From assembly GCA_963704885.1 (NCBI GenBank), contig CAVPIB010000001.1, positions 864,001-928,000 on the forward strand: a stretch of 64,000 bases of DNA. The letters are read 5' to 3'. This DNA comes from an uncultured Actinomycetes bacterium. GTDB taxonomy: Bacteria; Actinomycetota; UBA4738; HRBIN12. Both the position numbers and the translations under genes were made by a program. A model generated the notes under the pieces. The model had not been told where the DNA came from and did no database searches. It saw only the letters and a program-made list of their open reading frames with translations. This document shows, one piece after another, positions 63,080 to 64,000 of the stretch; position 1 is the first letter of the stretch, and the number at the start of each line of letters is the position of its first letter.

Positions 63080-63246
63080 CGTTCCCCTTGCGACGTATGG
63101 ACCCAGCTCAGGTATCGGCTCGCTTAGGGGGGAGCCGTAGTCGGTCAGAGGTGGGATATGGTCGGAGCCAGGTAGGTCCTAGGGTGTACCCCGCCCAGGG
63201 CTCGGCGGGCGCCGAAGGTCGCGGAAGGCCTCGGACGTCGCCGGGG

Positions 63247-64000
63247 CTACGCCGCCGGGCCGGCTCCCGAGCGGACGATCGTGTCGCCGGTGACCTCGTG
63301 CTTGTCCAAGACGATCAGGTCTTCGATCGCCTCGCGCATCTCCGCCACGTGACTCACCAGCACGACCAAGCGCCGATCGTCGGCGGAGACCAGGCGGCCG
63401 ATGCCCTCCATGGCGCGGTCCAGATGATCGGGATCGAGGCTGCCGAACCCCTCATCCAGGAAGAAGGAATCTAGGCGTCCGCCGCCGCGCGCGACCATCT
63501 CCGCCAGCGCGAGCGCGAGTGCGAGGGAGGCCAGGAATGTCTCGCCACCCGAAAGGCTGTCGGCCTTCCGCTTGGTGCCGGCGGCGTTCAGGTCCAAGAT
63601 CTCGAACCGGTCGTCGTCGGTGAACCTGTATGCGCTGTCGGTCAGCTGCTCGAAGTGTTCGCTTCCCAGCTCCGCCAGCTCCGAGCGCTCCTCCTCTAAG
63701 AGGAATCCCAGGAAGCGGGAGGGCTGCAGGTCGTCGGCCAGGCGCTTCGCGACCCCTCTGCGCGACTCGGTCTCCAAGACCCTTCGCTCCAGGTCGCTCG
63801 CCGCCGCGATCCGCTCTTCCAGCTCGGTCACCAGCGCAGCCGCCGTGCCGTGCGCCACCCCCGCGTCGGCCAGCGCCCGTCGGAAGTCGTCTGTGGGAGC
63901 CAGGCCGAGCGACTCGAGCAGCGCGCCGCGGGCCGCGATGCCCTCCTGCACCCGGACCGCGGCTTCGTCCCGCTCCTCTGACGATCGCTCGTGCCGGGCG
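63247..64000 (-). CDS. sbcC: SbcC/Rad50-like SMC ATPase, C-terminal part
   Basis: LSGGE signature, LDEGFGSLD, VSH. Confidence 0.88.
   Translation of the reverse strand, partial: ARHERSSEERDEAAVRVQEGIAARGALLESLGLAPTDDFRRALADAGVAHGTAAALVTELEERIAAASDLERRVLETESRRGVAKRLADDLQPSRFLGFLLEEERSELAELGSEHFEQLTDSAYRFTDDDRFEILDLNAAGTKRKADSLSGGETFLASLALALALAEMVARGGGRLDSFFLDEGFGSLDPDHLDRAMEGIGRLVSADDRRLVVLVSHVAEMREAIEDLIVLDKHEVTGDTIVRSGAGPAA

Noticed and set aside
63112-63140. Sigma28/WhiG-type promoter (GCCGATAC) for the pseudokinase
   Set aside because: The -10 element fits but there is no convincing -35 at the right spacing

Overview
High-GC actinobacterial chromosome segment. The phylum call is an inference from an actinobacterial LexA box, a DUF222-HNH gene, an F420 reductase and many leaderless genes. 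The backbone is central acyl-CoA metabolism: sdhCDAB, methylmalonyl-CoA mutase large subunit, biotin carboxylase/BCCP, BirA, carboxyltransferase, ccr, mce, hbd, thiolase and acyl-CoA dehydrogenase. Four accessory modules interrupt it. (1) 7.3-18.2 kb: an adenosylcobalamin (CarH/LitR-type) photoreceptor beside ABC, furan-fatty-acid-like and SDR genes; their intergenic regions share an 11-bp motif YGCATRGRTTC. (2) 30.2-37.1 kb: a copper-handling operon (CopC/CopD) headed by a His-rich leader ORF ending in RGPP and overlapping an RNA stem, a candidate copper-sensing ribosome-stalling switch. (3) 51-59.8 kb: a secreted Rhs polymorphic toxin with a frameshift-hidden ADP-ribosyltransferase-like tip, an immunity candidate, an orphan Rhs remnant and a LexA-boxed HNH gene. 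(4) 59.8-63 kb: a membrane-anchored long coiled-coil protein ending in a catalytically degenerate histidine-kinase fold. Several single-base frameshifts suggest indel errors in the assembly. All calls come from motif recognition by eye, with no database searches.
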